Shown here: positions 36,470 through 46,537 of the stretch, piece after piece
Numbering within the stretch: position 1 is the first letter of the stretch
How the letters are laid out: the number at the start of each line of letters is the position of its first letter
Origin: an uncultured Acidobacteriota bacterium
Lineage (GTDB): Bacteria; Acidobacteriota; Terriglobia; Terriglobales; Acidobacteriaceae
NCBI GenBank assembly: GCA_963762385.1
Contig: CAVXKN010000005.1
Span: 62,245 to 126,244 of the forward strand
Direction of reading: 5' to 3'
Length of the DNA stretch: 64,000 nt
Notes under the pieces: model-generated
What the model was told of the DNA's origin: nothing
What the model saw: the letters and a program-made list of their open reading frames with translations, nothing else
The model's database searches: none
Made by a program: the position numbers and the translations under genes

Positions 36470-37499
36470 TTATTTCGGCTCCGCCTCAACGATGTCCAAG
36501 CCGCGCCCGTCTGAAAAAATGAAGAAGCGGTCCGGGTCGGGAGCGTAGCACGCAATCGGACCAGCTGCTTCCTTGTCCGCTTCATAGGCGGCAAGTTTCT
36601 GGCCTGTTGTGGCATCGACGACAGCGTAGGTCGAACTCCGGCAAGAGTCGGGATCAGCGTTGGTGTTGCAACTGCGACGGAACTGAAGGACTAATCTGTT
36701 CTTGACCACGCGAATCCCGAAATTGGGTGTGCTTGTGGCAGTCGGAGCTTTGACCACAATTTTGCGGACCACGTCACCTGCCGCTGAAATCGCGTAGACG
36801 GACGGAGGAGACGTCGCCCTCATCAGGTACACAAGACCATCGTCTCCGGTGATTGCCGCTGACTTATCAACCGCCTGCGAGTGCCGTTCCTGAACGGCTG
36901 CGTCTTTACCATCGCCGACGTCTATCTCGCGCTCGATCTCCGCATCTCCATCCAAACTGAGTTGCTTCACAAGATGTCCGGCGGGATCGTAAATCGCAGT
37001 CGATGCCTTGTAACCGGGATGATATTGCAAGCCGGATATCAGGATCTCGCCTGAGTGAAATACGGCGAGTTGTGAGGGAAAAGAAAGTTATCGGCGGGCG
37101 ATCGAGGGCCACGGATGATTCACGTGTCCCATCGGAAGCAAAGTTGTCGATGACTTTCTTACCTCCGTCCATGCGGAACATGATGACGCCACCATTAGGC
37201 CGCACGGCGTAGCGGTTGATCACTTCGCCAGAAGTATCGAACTCCGCTTCCACGGCGCCTTTGCTCGACAACTTGAAAAGGGGACCGACCATACCCGGAC
37301 CGATCTTGATCGGTTTGACGTAGAAGCGTCCCTGTTGATCACAAGCGGTCGGAAACGCAATGCCGCCGTGATACTCGCCCACGACGCTGACGGGCACCCG
37401 GCTCTTTGCCACAAGAATTCTAGTTTGCGCGGCAACAGAAACTGCCACAACACACAGAAGAGCAAAAGCTGCAAGAATCTTATCGAATGTCCTGCTCAT
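36470..37499 (-). pseudogene. secreted hypothetical protein split by a 1-nt frameshift near 37055-37070
   Basis: ORF 36906-37499 (signal peptide MSRTFDKILAAFALLCVVAVSVAAQ...) loses sense after ...ALDRPPITF. ORF 36470-37030 continues in the +1 register as FPSQLAVFHSGEILISGLQYHPGYK... The shift occurs at a TTTTCCC run. Confidence 0.55.
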
Positions 37500-37502
37500 C
37501 GT

Positions 37503-38759
37503 TCACTCGTAGCGCAGCGCTTCCACAGGATCCAGTCGCGAGGCTTTCATCGCAGGATAAATGCCAAAGAACAAGCCAACGCTCATCGATGCCGTTACCG
37601 CGGCGATGATCGACCACAGCGGCACGGACGAAGGTAAGCTTGGCAGCAGTTTGTTGATCGCGAAACTGATCGCTACTCCCAGTGTGACTCCGATAATTCC
37701 ACCGGTGCCCGTCAGGGTTATGGCTTCCGTGAGGAACTGCCGGATGATGTCCCGGCGACGAGCGCCGATGGCCTTGCGCACTCCGATTTCACGGGTGCGT
37801 TCCGTCACAGACATGAGCATGATGTTCATCACGCCTACTCCGCCGATCAAGAGTCCGATGGAACTGATCACGACGACAGCAATCGCGATCGCTCCCGTGA
37901 TCTGACGGAATTGGCGCGCAATCCCCTCCGAACTGGAAATCGCGAAATTATTCGGCTTATCAATCCCAACTCCTCTGCGCCGGCGCATGAGGCCGATGAT
38001 CTCGTCCTCCGCCTGCGCCTTTCTGCCAGGGTACGCTTGCGCTCCAATGAAGTGTTCATCGTCCTGCGGGTTGTGTTTGCGGTAGGCCCCGTACGGGACG
38101 ACCACGACTTTGTCTGCCGACGGGTCTTTGAAGAACTGGCCTTTGCGCTTCTCCAAGACGCCCACGACCTGGTAGAACGCGCCTCCGACCTCGATCGACT
38201 TGCCCAGCGGATCTTCCTCGTGGAACAGTCCCTCAGCGAGGTCGTGCCCGATTACCGCCACGTCCATGCGATGCAGGTTTTCGGCCTCAGTAAAGAAGCG
38301 GCCCTTTTCTGGATTCGCGTTGTAGACCCATTCGTAGGACGGAATGGTACCGGTAAACTGAAGTCCGTAAACTTCATTCCGTTTGTAGCGCGCCGGCACG
38401 ACGGTAAAGGGCTGGCCGGGTTCGATCCGCGGAGAGATCTCCACCGTCACATCCTTCACGTCAGGGCATTCGTCGCGAATGGCTATAGTGTCTTCCAAGG
38501 TCAGCGGCTTGCGGTTGCGTTCTTCCGCCGTAAGGTTACCTCGAAAACCGAAATCGTAACGAAAAACGAACAGCGTGTCGGTGCCGTATTGATCGAGGAA
38601 TCCGCGAATATCCTCATCCAAGCCGACCATGATCGAAGCTACGGCCACGATAGCCATGATTCCGATGACCACGCCCAAGACAGTCAATAGCGACCGGGTC
38701 TTGTGTTGGCGCAGCGAATCGAATGCCAGGCGCGTGCTTTCGCTGATTTCAAGTCGCAC
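37503..38759 (-). CDS. FtsX/MacB-type ABC transporter permease
   Basis: LRQHKTRSLLTVLGVVIGIMAIV, a large periplasmic loop, and the C-terminal FtsX module (RTREIGVRKAIGARRRDIIRQFLTEA ... PAMKASRLDPVEALRYE). Confidence 0.85.
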   Translation of the reverse strand: MRLEISESTRLAFDSLRQHKTRSLLTVLGVVIGIMAIVAVASIMVGLDEDIRGFLDQYGTDTLFVFRYDFGFRGNLTAEERNRKPLTLEDTIAIRDECPDVKDVTVEISPRIEPGQPFTVVPARYKRNEVYGLQFTGTIPSYEWVYNANPEKGRFFTEAENLHRMDVAVIGHDLAEGLFHEEDPLGKSIEVGGAFYQVVGVLEKRKGQFFKDPSADKVVVVPYGAYRKHNPQDDEHFIGAQAYPGRKAQAEDEIIGLMRRRRGVGIDKPNNFAISSSEGIARQFRQITGAIAIAVVVISSIGLLIGGVGVMNIMLMSVTERTREIGVRKAIGARRRDIIRQFLTEAITLTGTGGIIGVTLGVAISFAINKLLPSLPSSVPLWSIIAAVTASMSVGLFFGIYPAMKASRLDPVEALRYE

Positions 38760-38787
38760 GATTCAACCTCGTCACAGCCACCAGTTA

Positions 38788-40113
38788 CTAAATCTCAAAG
38801 CGCAGAGCCTCGATGGGATCCAGCTTGGACGCTCGGCTTGCGGGATACAGCCCGAAGAACAATCCCACGATCGTCGACACTGCAAGCGACAAAATTACCG
38901 CTCCAATCGGCACCTGCGATGGCACAGGTGTGAGCAGCCTCACCAGCGTAGAGAGAAGATAGGCAATGGCAATGCCCGTCGCGCCTCCCACGGCTGCCAT
39001 CACTGCGGATTCCACCAGGAACTGCATCATGATGTCGCGCCTGCGCGCTCCCAGCGATTTGCGCACGCCGATCTCGCGAGTGCGCTCAGTCACGCTGGCC
39101 AGCATGACATTCATGATCACCACGCCGCCGATCACCAGGAACACCGAGACCACTCCAACCATGGTCGCAGCAATGGCTCCGGTCAGGTTCTTCCATAAGC
39201 CCATAATTGTGTCAGACCCCAAAATGCCAAAATTGTCATCAACCTTGGGATCAAGGTGGCGCCGGCCGCGCATCATCGTACGGGCTTCGTCCTGCGTCTC
39301 CAGCATCCACTCCGGGCCGCGCGCCTGGATGTTAATCGCCAGATCCAAACCTTGCCCGTGTTCGCCGTAACGTTTCAAGAACGTGCGGATCGGGATGTAG
39401 GTGAAATTGTCTTGGGATTGTCCGAAGACGGTTCCGATTGGCTTAGCTACGCCCACCACCTGGAAGCCCGCACCGTCGATGTAGATCGTCTTGCCGATGG
39501 GATCAACCGTGGGAAACAGCTTTTCCGCCACGTCTTGTCCGATGAAGGTGACCTGCGCTCTGCCGTCATTGTCGGCGTCGGTTATGTAACGGCCGGTTTC
39601 AGGTTCCTCCACATCCATGTCAGCGATGTTGGCCGTCACCCCACGAATATTAATGTCGTCCAGCGCTTGCGTCCCCAAGCGAACCTTGCCGTTGGTTCGC
39701 GTCTCCAGTCCGACGGCCTTAGGCAGCCTCATGCCGTCCCGCAAAGCTTCGTAGTCCTCCCAAGTGATGTTCCGATTGCGACGCATCGCTTTGAGGAAAT
39801 CTTCTTGATTAGTGATGATGGGGAAGCGCATCACCAGAAAGACATTGGAACCGAGATTGGCAACCCGATTCTGAATGTAAAGGTTCGCACCGGTGATGAT
39901 TGACACGACAAGGATGAGGACTGATACCGACAAAGTAACGCCCAGCAGCGTCAACGCAGAACGCAGTTTGTGCGCGCGCAGCGCTGCCAGAGCCTCGAAC
40001 GCAGGATCGCGAAAGGCGGTAGCGTAACGCCTGATTCGTTCTCGAACTCGCCGGGCATCGAGCTTCCGAACCGTTTCCGGTGGCGCCGCGGCTGCCGTCG
40101 TCGAGGGCTCCAT
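38788..40113 (-). CDS. FtsX/MacB-type ABC transporter permease (second copy)
   Basis: LRAHKLRSALTLLGVTLSV, RTREIGVRKSLGARRRDIMMQFLVES, and PASRASKLDPIEALRFE. The start is taken at MEPSTT (40113) rather than the ORF-track start. Confidence 0.82.
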   Translation of the reverse strand: MEPSTTAAAAPPETVRKLDARRVRERIRRYATAFRDPAFEALAALRAHKLRSALTLLGVTLSVSVLILVVSIITGANLYIQNRVANLGSNVFLVMRFPIITNQEDFLKAMRRNRNITWEDYEALRDGMRLPKAVGLETRTNGKVRLGTQALDDINIRGVTANIADMDVEEPETGRYITDADNDGRAQVTFIGQDVAEKLFPTVDPIGKTIYIDGAGFQVVGVAKPIGTVFGQSQDNFTYIPIRTFLKRYGEHGQGLDLAINIQARGPEWMLETQDEARTMMRGRRHLDPKVDDNFGILGSDTIMGLWKNLTGAIAATMVGVVSVFLVIGGVVIMNVMLASVTERTREIGVRKSLGARRRDIMMQFLVESAVMAAVGGATGIAIAYLLSTLVRLLTPVPSQVPIGAVILSLAVSTIVGLFFGLYPASRASKLDPIEALRFEI

Positions 40114-40360
40114 CAGGTCCACAGTATAGTCGTATACGTGCGTGGGCCGGAAATGGTTCCACGGACTCCCGACTTCGTCAATTTCCCGACCACCAACCTT
40201 GGAGTGTGTCCCCCAGGAGCCGCGGGGAAAATTCGCTTTTGGGTGGCGCAGCGCTTTTCCGCGCTGGGATGACGGCCGTCGAGTGAATGAGGGTCTTAGC
40301 CCCCGAGGCAGCAAAGATCCGTTCTTGTTCGCAGATTCCTAGCGGACTGCGCTCACTCCT

Positions 40361-41104
40361 CTATTTTGCTTTGAAAGTGAAATCCGTTGCGGCCGCTTTG
40401 CCAGCCGCGACCGTGACCGTTTGGGTTTGAGTTCCGTACGTCTCCTGCCAGGCCGTCAGCGTATAAGTGCCCGGAGGCACGTTAGCGAGCTTGAACGAAC
40501 CACTCTCATTGCTGACGCCAAAAGGCCCTTTCACCACCGCGATGTAAGCATGCATCCAGGGATGAACATTGCACTTCACCGGGATCGCCACTTCGGTAGT
40601 GGTCCAGGTTACGTCGATCGGCGGTCCGCCCACCAATTGCGACTTGTTCCACGAGTTGTTGCCACCGCCTGGCTTGGGTTCGGGGTGAATGTTGTGAGCT
40701 GTCTTGTCCTCATTCACCACGGTCAGGTGCTGACCGACGTTCATCGCCACCACGTGGGGAACATATTGGCAGCCCTTCTGATCGATCGTCGCCGGTTGCG
40801 ATGGCGTTGTGGTCTCGTTGCCGGTTAATCCTTGGGAAATGTAGACGACCACGTTAGCCAATCCGCCATTGGGCCCGACCACAACGTTCTCCAAGGCAGC
40901 CGGAGTGTTGCCACGCGCCTGCGCGCAGCTTGGGTCTTTTGACATATCAATTGGCTTTTGGCGGGGCGGTTGCCCATCAATTTTCACAGTCCCGGTGATC
41001 TGGCCCGTTGCTGTAGCCCCCACACCAGGCGCGGAGCGCAGAAATGACCCCGCAAGAGCCACCAACGACAAAGTCAATAGGGCAATTCTTTGCTGAGTGT
41101 TCAT
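40361..41104 (-). CDS. secreted cupredoxin-like (type-1 copper ligand pattern) protein with a carboxypeptidase-regulatory-like C-terminus
   Basis: SD GGAGG precedes MNTQQRIALLTLSLVALAGS. The HNIH ... KCNVHPWMHAY pattern (His, Cys-x2-His-x2-Met) fits blue-copper ligands. The C-terminus is GSFKLANVPPGTYTLTAW. Confidence 0.68.
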   Translation of the reverse strand: MNTQQRIALLTLSLVALAGSFLRSAPGVGATATGQITGTVKIDGQPPRQKPIDMSKDPSCAQARGNTPAALENVVVGPNGGLANVVVYISQGLTGNETTTPSQPATIDQKGCQYVPHVVAMNVGQHLTVVNEDKTAHNIHPEPKPGGGNNSWNKSQLVGGPPIDVTWTTTEVAIPVKCNVHPWMHAYIAVVKGPFGVSNESGSFKLANVPPGTYTLTAWQETYGTQTQTVTVAAGKAAATDFTFKAK

Positions 41105-41299
41105 GAATTTTGCCTCCAAAGTCTGCTGAAGAAAAAGTCGCTGGTTTATTTTGGGATTAAGTGCTCGAGGAAGTCTGTGATACTTGTCACATGTAGTGAT
41201 TTCGGGCACTGTCCGGGGCGATTGCCCGCCTGATCCGCATCGCTTCGCCGGTAGACTGATAGAATTCCAAGTGTGCAGGCATAGGTCAAAACAGGCAGT

Positions 41300-41668
41300 A
41301 TGAAAGCAGCCCCTGACGTAATCGAAGCCCCGATCCAGCTTTCGCCTCGCTCGCGTTTTCGACTCGCCATGATTCTGGCCATAGCGGCCGATGCGCTTCA
41401 AATCATTGTGTTCCCGTTATTCGCCGAAGGCGCTTTGTCCCCAGCCGATGACGTGCTCGACTTTGCGGTAGCAGCCGTTCTGGTCCACCTGCTCGGCTGG
41501 CACTGGGAATTTCTGCCAACCTTCTTTGCCGAGCTCGTGCCCGGAGCCGATTTGGTTCCCTTCTGGACGCTGGCGGTGGCCAACGTCTATCGCAAATGGA
41601 AGCAGATCGCCGTCACCACGGAAGAAGCTCCCGAGCAGCGCCGGGCGCTTCCGGGGCCGAAAAATTAG
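41300..41668 (+). CDS. small membrane protein, hypothetical
   Basis: Three hydrophobic segments (LAMILAIAADALQIIVFPLF, VLDFAVAAVLVHLLGW, LVPFWTLAVANV). It is divergent from the 41104 operon. Confidence 0.45.
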   Translation: MKAAPDVIEAPIQLSPRSRFRLAMILAIAADALQIIVFPLFAEGALSPADDVLDFAVAAVLVHLLGWHWEFLPTFFAELVPGADLVPFWTLAVANVYRKWKQIAVTTEEAPEQRRALPGPKN

Positions 41669-41887
41669 GCTAGCGTCTCAGTTCGGTCTCTGCCGTATTT
41701 CTCGGCGCGCTCCGCGGCCGTTCTCAGCGACCTCCGCGATTTAAGACTTTGCGTTTACCAAGCCCGCATCAAAACCTTAGAACGCGGAGAACGCTGAAAA
41801 CAGCTGCAGCCTGCGCAGGGAAGTCCGACCTGAGATCAAAATTAGGCTGTTCTGGCTTGCACATGGGCGCGACTCTATAATATTGCG

Positions 41888-43480
41888 ATGAATAAAGGAC
41901 GAGCCAACACGTCCGTGCTGAAGACAGCGGTGGCACTCGTCTTTGCCGCGCTCGCTGCCCGTCAGGCTGCTGCAGCGACATGCGAGAGTCTGTCGTCCCT
42001 GAAGCTGCCAGAGACCACGATCACAGCAGCCCAGTCGATCCCGCCGGGCAGTTACACCGCACCTGACGGTCAAGTCTTCACCAATATGCCTGCATTCTGT
42101 CGCGTGGCAGCAACCCTGACGCCTACCAGCGATTCGGATATCGGAATCGAAATGTGGATGCCGGCCTCGATCTGGAACGGCAAGTTCGAGGGCGTCGGAA
42201 ACGGCGGCTTCGCAGGAGCCATCGATTACAGCGCCCTGGCGCCCGCCGTGCAACTTGGCTATGCCACCGTCAGTACCGACACGGGCCACGTTGGATCGTC
42301 CTACGATGGATCGTTTGCCCTCGGGCATCCGCAAAAGATCATCGATTTCGGATACCGCTCGATCCATCTGATGACCCTCAGAGGCAAGCAGATTTCGGCC
42401 GCCTTCTATGGCGAGAATGCGCAGCATTCGTACTTCGACGGCTGCTCGACGGGCGGGCGACAGGCGCTGATGGAAGCGCAGCGCTTCTCGAATGATTACG
42501 ACGGTATCATCGCTGGCGATCCTGTTGCCTACTACACCCATCATCACGTCGGCGGAAATCTGTGGGTGGCGCGGCAAATGTTTAACCATCCTGACAGCAC
42601 TGTTTTCACTACGCAGGACACGCTGCTTGGCAACGCCGTAAACGCCGCGTGCGACGTTCTTGATGGCGTGGTGGATGGCGTGTTGAACGATCCCCGGCTC
42701 TGCCACTTCGATCCCGCGAAACTCCGGTGCCAGGCCTCCCAAAAACCTCCGAACTGCCTGACGGCAGAGCAGGTGGAAGCAGTTAGAAACATCTGGACTG
42801 GCCCTGATCAAATCGTGCACCGGCACGACTACTACCCGCCATTTGAACGCGGCGGCGAAGCTGATGGCTGGCCTTTTAGTATCTCTCCACAACCGCCGCC
42901 CGCCCAGCAAACCGACCATCACGCTGAGATTGGCATTCCCTTCTTTCAGTACTTCGTGTTCGACAATCCCAATTGGGACTTTCGATCTTTCAACTGGGTC
43001 TCTGGCCCCGCTTACGTGGACAACAAGGTGGTGGTTCCAGGGCAGACCCTGGCGTCGGTTCTAAACTCGATCGACCCTGACCTGAGTAAGTTCCACGCGG
43101 GGGGCGGCAAGCTGATCCAGTACCACGGATTTAGCGACCCTGAGGTACCGCCGCTCACCAGCATCAATTACTTCGAGAGCGTAGTGAATTTTCCCGGCGA
43201 GTCAATGCAGTGGACGCAGGAGTTTTACCGGCTCTTCATGGTGCCAGGGATGAATCACTGTAAAGGTGGCCCAGGCGCGAACGTATTCGACATGCTTACC
43301 CCACTTGTCCAGTGGGTTGAAGACGATGTTGCGCCAAGTAGAATCATCGCGACGCATTACGTCAACAACAATCCAACTCAAGGCGTGCAGTTCACCCGTC
43401 CTCTCTGCTCCTATCCGCAAGAAGCTGTCTATAAGGGCAGCGGCAACACCAACGACGCAGCCAACTTCGTCTGCAAGTAA
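41888..43480 (+). CDS. tannase/feruloyl esterase family alpha/beta hydrolase, secreted
   Basis: CESLSSLKLPETTI..., WNGKFEGVGNGGFAG, TDTGH, YFDGCSTGGRQALMEAQRFSNDYDGIIAGDP (nucleophile GCSTGG), and VPGMNHCKGGPG. Confidence 0.85.
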   Translation: MNKGRANTSVLKTAVALVFAALAARQAAAATCESLSSLKLPETTITAAQSIPPGSYTAPDGQVFTNMPAFCRVAATLTPTSDSDIGIEMWMPASIWNGKFEGVGNGGFAGAIDYSALAPAVQLGYATVSTDTGHVGSSYDGSFALGHPQKIIDFGYRSIHLMTLRGKQISAAFYGENAQHSYFDGCSTGGRQALMEAQRFSNDYDGIIAGDPVAYYTHHHVGGNLWVARQMFNHPDSTVFTTQDTLLGNAVNAACDVLDGVVDGVLNDPRLCHFDPAKLRCQASQKPPNCLTAEQVEAVRNIWTGPDQIVHRHDYYPPFERGGEADGWPFSISPQPPPAQQTDHHAEIGIPFFQYFVFDNPNWDFRSFNWVSGPAYVDNKVVVPGQTLASVLNSIDPDLSKFHAGGGKLIQYHGFSDPEVPPLTSINYFESVVNFPGESMQWTQEFYRLFMVPGMNHCKGGPGANVFDMLTPLVQWVEDDVAPSRIIATHYVNNNPTQGVQFTRPLCSYPQEAVYKGSGNTNDAANFVCK

Positions 43481-44035
43481 TCTAAATCGACGATCCGTTA
43501 AATAAAGTGAACGGCTTTGAAAGGGCGCGTCTTCAGACCGCCGCAAGACGAGGCTCAAGTCCAGAGTTTTAGCCGCCGAGGTAAAAACACGCTTGATATT
43601 TTGGCAGCCGGCTAATAGAACTTCCGCGACGCACTAGGGACCTAGAGATGCCGCTCTAAGCAACTGCCTGTATGGTAATGAAATCGGCGCTCGGCTCTAA
43701 TAGCGTTCATGAGTTCAGCAGACGCCCAGCAAGTTTTCGCAGCCGCGTTCACAGTTTTGGAACGCAAACAGTCTTCAAACCGCTGCACCCGCGCCCAAGC
43801 TCTTCTGGAACGCAGGATGCCGTTGCGTGCGCAGTTCGAAACTGCAGAATGCCGGCAGAAGCGCGTCCTGGAAAACGCCGCCGAGGCCTTGTCAAAGTTG
43901 TGGAAGCGAAACCCCTAGCTGTCGCGGTTTTCAAAGGATTCCACGCCACAGGCGAACGGCTTGCGACTCCACTTTTCCGCCAGCTTTAGCACTGGAAAAT
44001 CCATGCGTAATGTTATAAGCTCTCACCCCGAAAGC

Positions 44036-44061
44036 AGCATTCATTCGTTTTAATGAATGCT
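44036..44061. promoter_or_regulatory. perfect 10-bp inverted repeat AGCATTCATT-cgtttt-AATGAATGCT, 26 bp upstream of the GH9 start
   Basis: Read directly. It is followed by TTT, so it could be an operator or a weak terminator hairpin. Confidence 0.3.
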
Positions 44062-44086
44062 TTTACAGTCCCGAGTGGGGTGGAAC

Positions 44087-46534
44087 ATGAGGTTGACCCG
44101 CAACTCCCACGACATCTCACGTTATCCGCGGCTTTCCGCAATCACCCTCTCCGTGTTTCTGCTGGTCTGTGTCTCGGCGGCAGCAGCTTCTTCAGCATAC
44201 GTGCGCGTCAATCAGGCTGGATACGAAACTGGTAACTCGCCTTTTCGCGCGTATCTTATGTCCACAGTCCCGGAGTCTCTCGCCACATTCAAGGTCATTA
44301 ATTCTGAAGGGCACATTGCTCATGAGAGTGCAATCGGTGCGCGGCTGGGCACCTGGAGCAACAGCACCAAGCTGGTCTATGACGTGTACGCCCTTAACTT
44401 TTCCGTCCCCGGCGGCGATTTTTACACCATCTCCGTGGAGGGCCCGGCACCGGCCATATCGCCGCAATTCGCTGTGGATGCGCCGGCTGCGCTGTATCCC
44501 GGCTTGCTCCTGAACACGCTTTGGTTTTATGAGACCGAGCGCGATGGGCCCGACTACATCCCAAACGCGCTGCGCAACGCGCCCGGCCACTTGAACGACA
44601 AGAACACGACCGTCTACGATACTCCGCCGCTGAACAGCAACGACCTGATCACGACGACAGGCACGCCACTCACGTCTACGGGAGCGGTGATTGACGGCGA
44701 TGGCGGATGGTGGGACGCGGGTGATTACATGAAATACGTCGAGACCGTGAGCTATACGACCGCTCTCATGGAAATTGGAGTTCGCGATTTTCCCAACCAG
44801 ATGGGACGGAATGCCCCGCAAAATCCCGCCGCCCCTCCAGTTTCGGTTTCTTACGCGGGCAATGCGTCGGGAGCTCCCACATCGTCCGATTTTTCAAACG
44901 AGGCGAAATTCGGCTTCGCCTGGCTGATGAAGATGTGGGACGACAGCCGCAAAACTCTTTACTACCAAGTCGACAACAGTCAGGACTGGAAGAACTTTCC
45001 TAATCTCGAAACCGAGTATGACATTTGGACGCTGCCGCAGGCGGCCGACGATTACAAGCACTGCACGACTGACTTTTTGTATATCTGCTACCAACCGGGA
45101 TTTATTGCCGCAGCCGCTGGCTCGCGAATCAGTCCGAATCTCGCCGGCCGAATCGCAGCCGCATTTGCCGAGTATTACCAGCTCTATCGAACCACGGATC
45201 CAAGGACAGCGAACCAGGCACTGCGAAATGCGGAAGACATTTTCGCGCTGGCCGATACCTCACTGCCCGATCCGGCTAATTCGGTGAATGGCGGCAGTTG
45301 CCAATCCGACTGCTTGCTCACCATCATGCCATTCGACGGTTATCCCGAGACCGTGTGGGATGACGATATGGAGCTGGGCGCAACCGAACTTTATTTTGCT
45401 TTGGCGTCAGCAGACGCAAAACTGCCCGCAGGATTGCCCGTAACCAATCCCAACAAATACCTAAACGACGCGGCGCATTATGCTTCGAACTACATCACCA
45501 AAATCTATGACACCGGCAACGAAGACACGCTCAATCTCTACGACGTCAGCGGGCTGGCACACTTCGAACTCTACCGTGCGTTGGGTATGGCGGGCGACCC
45601 TCGTGGGTTGGAGGTTAATCAAGCGACCATGCTCAAAGCTCTCGAGAAGCAGCTGGGCGTGGCCGTCACTCAGTCTGGAAAAGATGTTTGGGGATTCGGT
45701 ATTCCCTGGCAGTACGGGGACACCACCTCACATGGTGCGGGACTCTCGGTAATGGCGAGCGAACTGTATTATCTGACCTCGTCGAATACCTACGACACGC
45801 ACGCGCAGAAGTGGCTGGGCAATATCCTCGGCGCGAATTCGTGGGGGTCGTCGTTCATCGTGGGCGACGGGACCACGTTTCCCAATTGCATCCAGCACCA
45901 GGTGGCGAACCTCGTGGGCGCGCTTGATGGAACTTCCGGCGGCACGCCGATTTTGTGGGGCGCTGCCTCCGAAGGCCCGGCTAGCGCGGCGACTTCGGGC
46001 ACGTTGGAGGGAATGAAACTCTGTCCGGCGAACGGCGTGGATACCTTCAAGATGTTTAATGGCAACGACGGCAAGTACGAACGCTCGCAGGTCGCGGTTT
46101 ACCGGGATAACGTTCAGTCCTATAGCACCACCGAACCTGCCGTCGATCTGACCGCGACGTCGTTTCTGATGTTCTCCTGGAGAATGGCTGGACGCCCTAG
46201 CTTCTGGACTAGCTCAACTGTTTCCGCCCGTGCTCGCACCATGGATGGTGGTCACGACTCCGCCGTCCTCTTAACCGCGACGGTGAAAAGCACCGGACCT
46301 GACGCCCCCAGCGGAAGAGTGCAGTTCTATCTCGACAGCCCAGATGGCCAGTTGCTCGGCGAGGCTTTCCTGCACGATGGCTCGCAGTCTACATCGACTG
46401 CGACTTTGCGTCTGCGAGCGTCGGATCTTCAACTCGGCGTCAATCACATCGTCGCCTTATTTCCCGGCGACGATGTGAACCATGGACCGTCCACTTCTCT
46501 GCCGGTCCGGGTGAGGTGGAAATCGGTGGAGTAA
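44087..46534 (+). CDS. glycoside hydrolase family 9 endoglucanase-like protein with N-terminal Ig-like and C-terminal Ig-like domains
   Basis: Signal peptide, an N-terminal YVRVNQAGYE (CelD_N-like), the GH9 signature GGWWDAGDYMKYV, DDMELGATELY, and a C-terminal Ig-like module. Confidence 0.83.
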   Translation: MRLTRNSHDISRYPRLSAITLSVFLLVCVSAAAASSAYVRVNQAGYETGNSPFRAYLMSTVPESLATFKVINSEGHIAHESAIGARLGTWSNSTKLVYDVYALNFSVPGGDFYTISVEGPAPAISPQFAVDAPAALYPGLLLNTLWFYETERDGPDYIPNALRNAPGHLNDKNTTVYDTPPLNSNDLITTTGTPLTSTGAVIDGDGGWWDAGDYMKYVETVSYTTALMEIGVRDFPNQMGRNAPQNPAAPPVSVSYAGNASGAPTSSDFSNEAKFGFAWLMKMWDDSRKTLYYQVDNSQDWKNFPNLETEYDIWTLPQAADDYKHCTTDFLYICYQPGFIAAAAGSRISPNLAGRIAAAFAEYYQLYRTTDPRTANQALRNAEDIFALADTSLPDPANSVNGGSCQSDCLLTIMPFDGYPETVWDDDMELGATELYFALASADAKLPAGLPVTNPNKYLNDAAHYASNYITKIYDTGNEDTLNLYDVSGLAHFELYRALGMAGDPRGLEVNQATMLKALEKQLGVAVTQSGKDVWGFGIPWQYGDTTSHGAGLSVMASELYYLTSSNTYDTHAQKWLGNILGANSWGSSFIVGDGTTFPNCIQHQVANLVGALDGTSGGTPILWGAASEGPASAATSGTLEGMKLCPANGVDTFKMFNGNDGKYERSQVAVYRDNVQSYSTTEPAVDLTATSFLMFSWRMAGRPSFWTSSTVSARARTMDGGHDSAVLLTATVKSTGPDAPSGRVQFYLDSPDGQLLGEAFLHDGSQSTSTATLRLRASDLQLGVNHIVALFPGDDVNHGPSTSLPVRVRWKSVE

Positions 46535-46537
46535 CCG

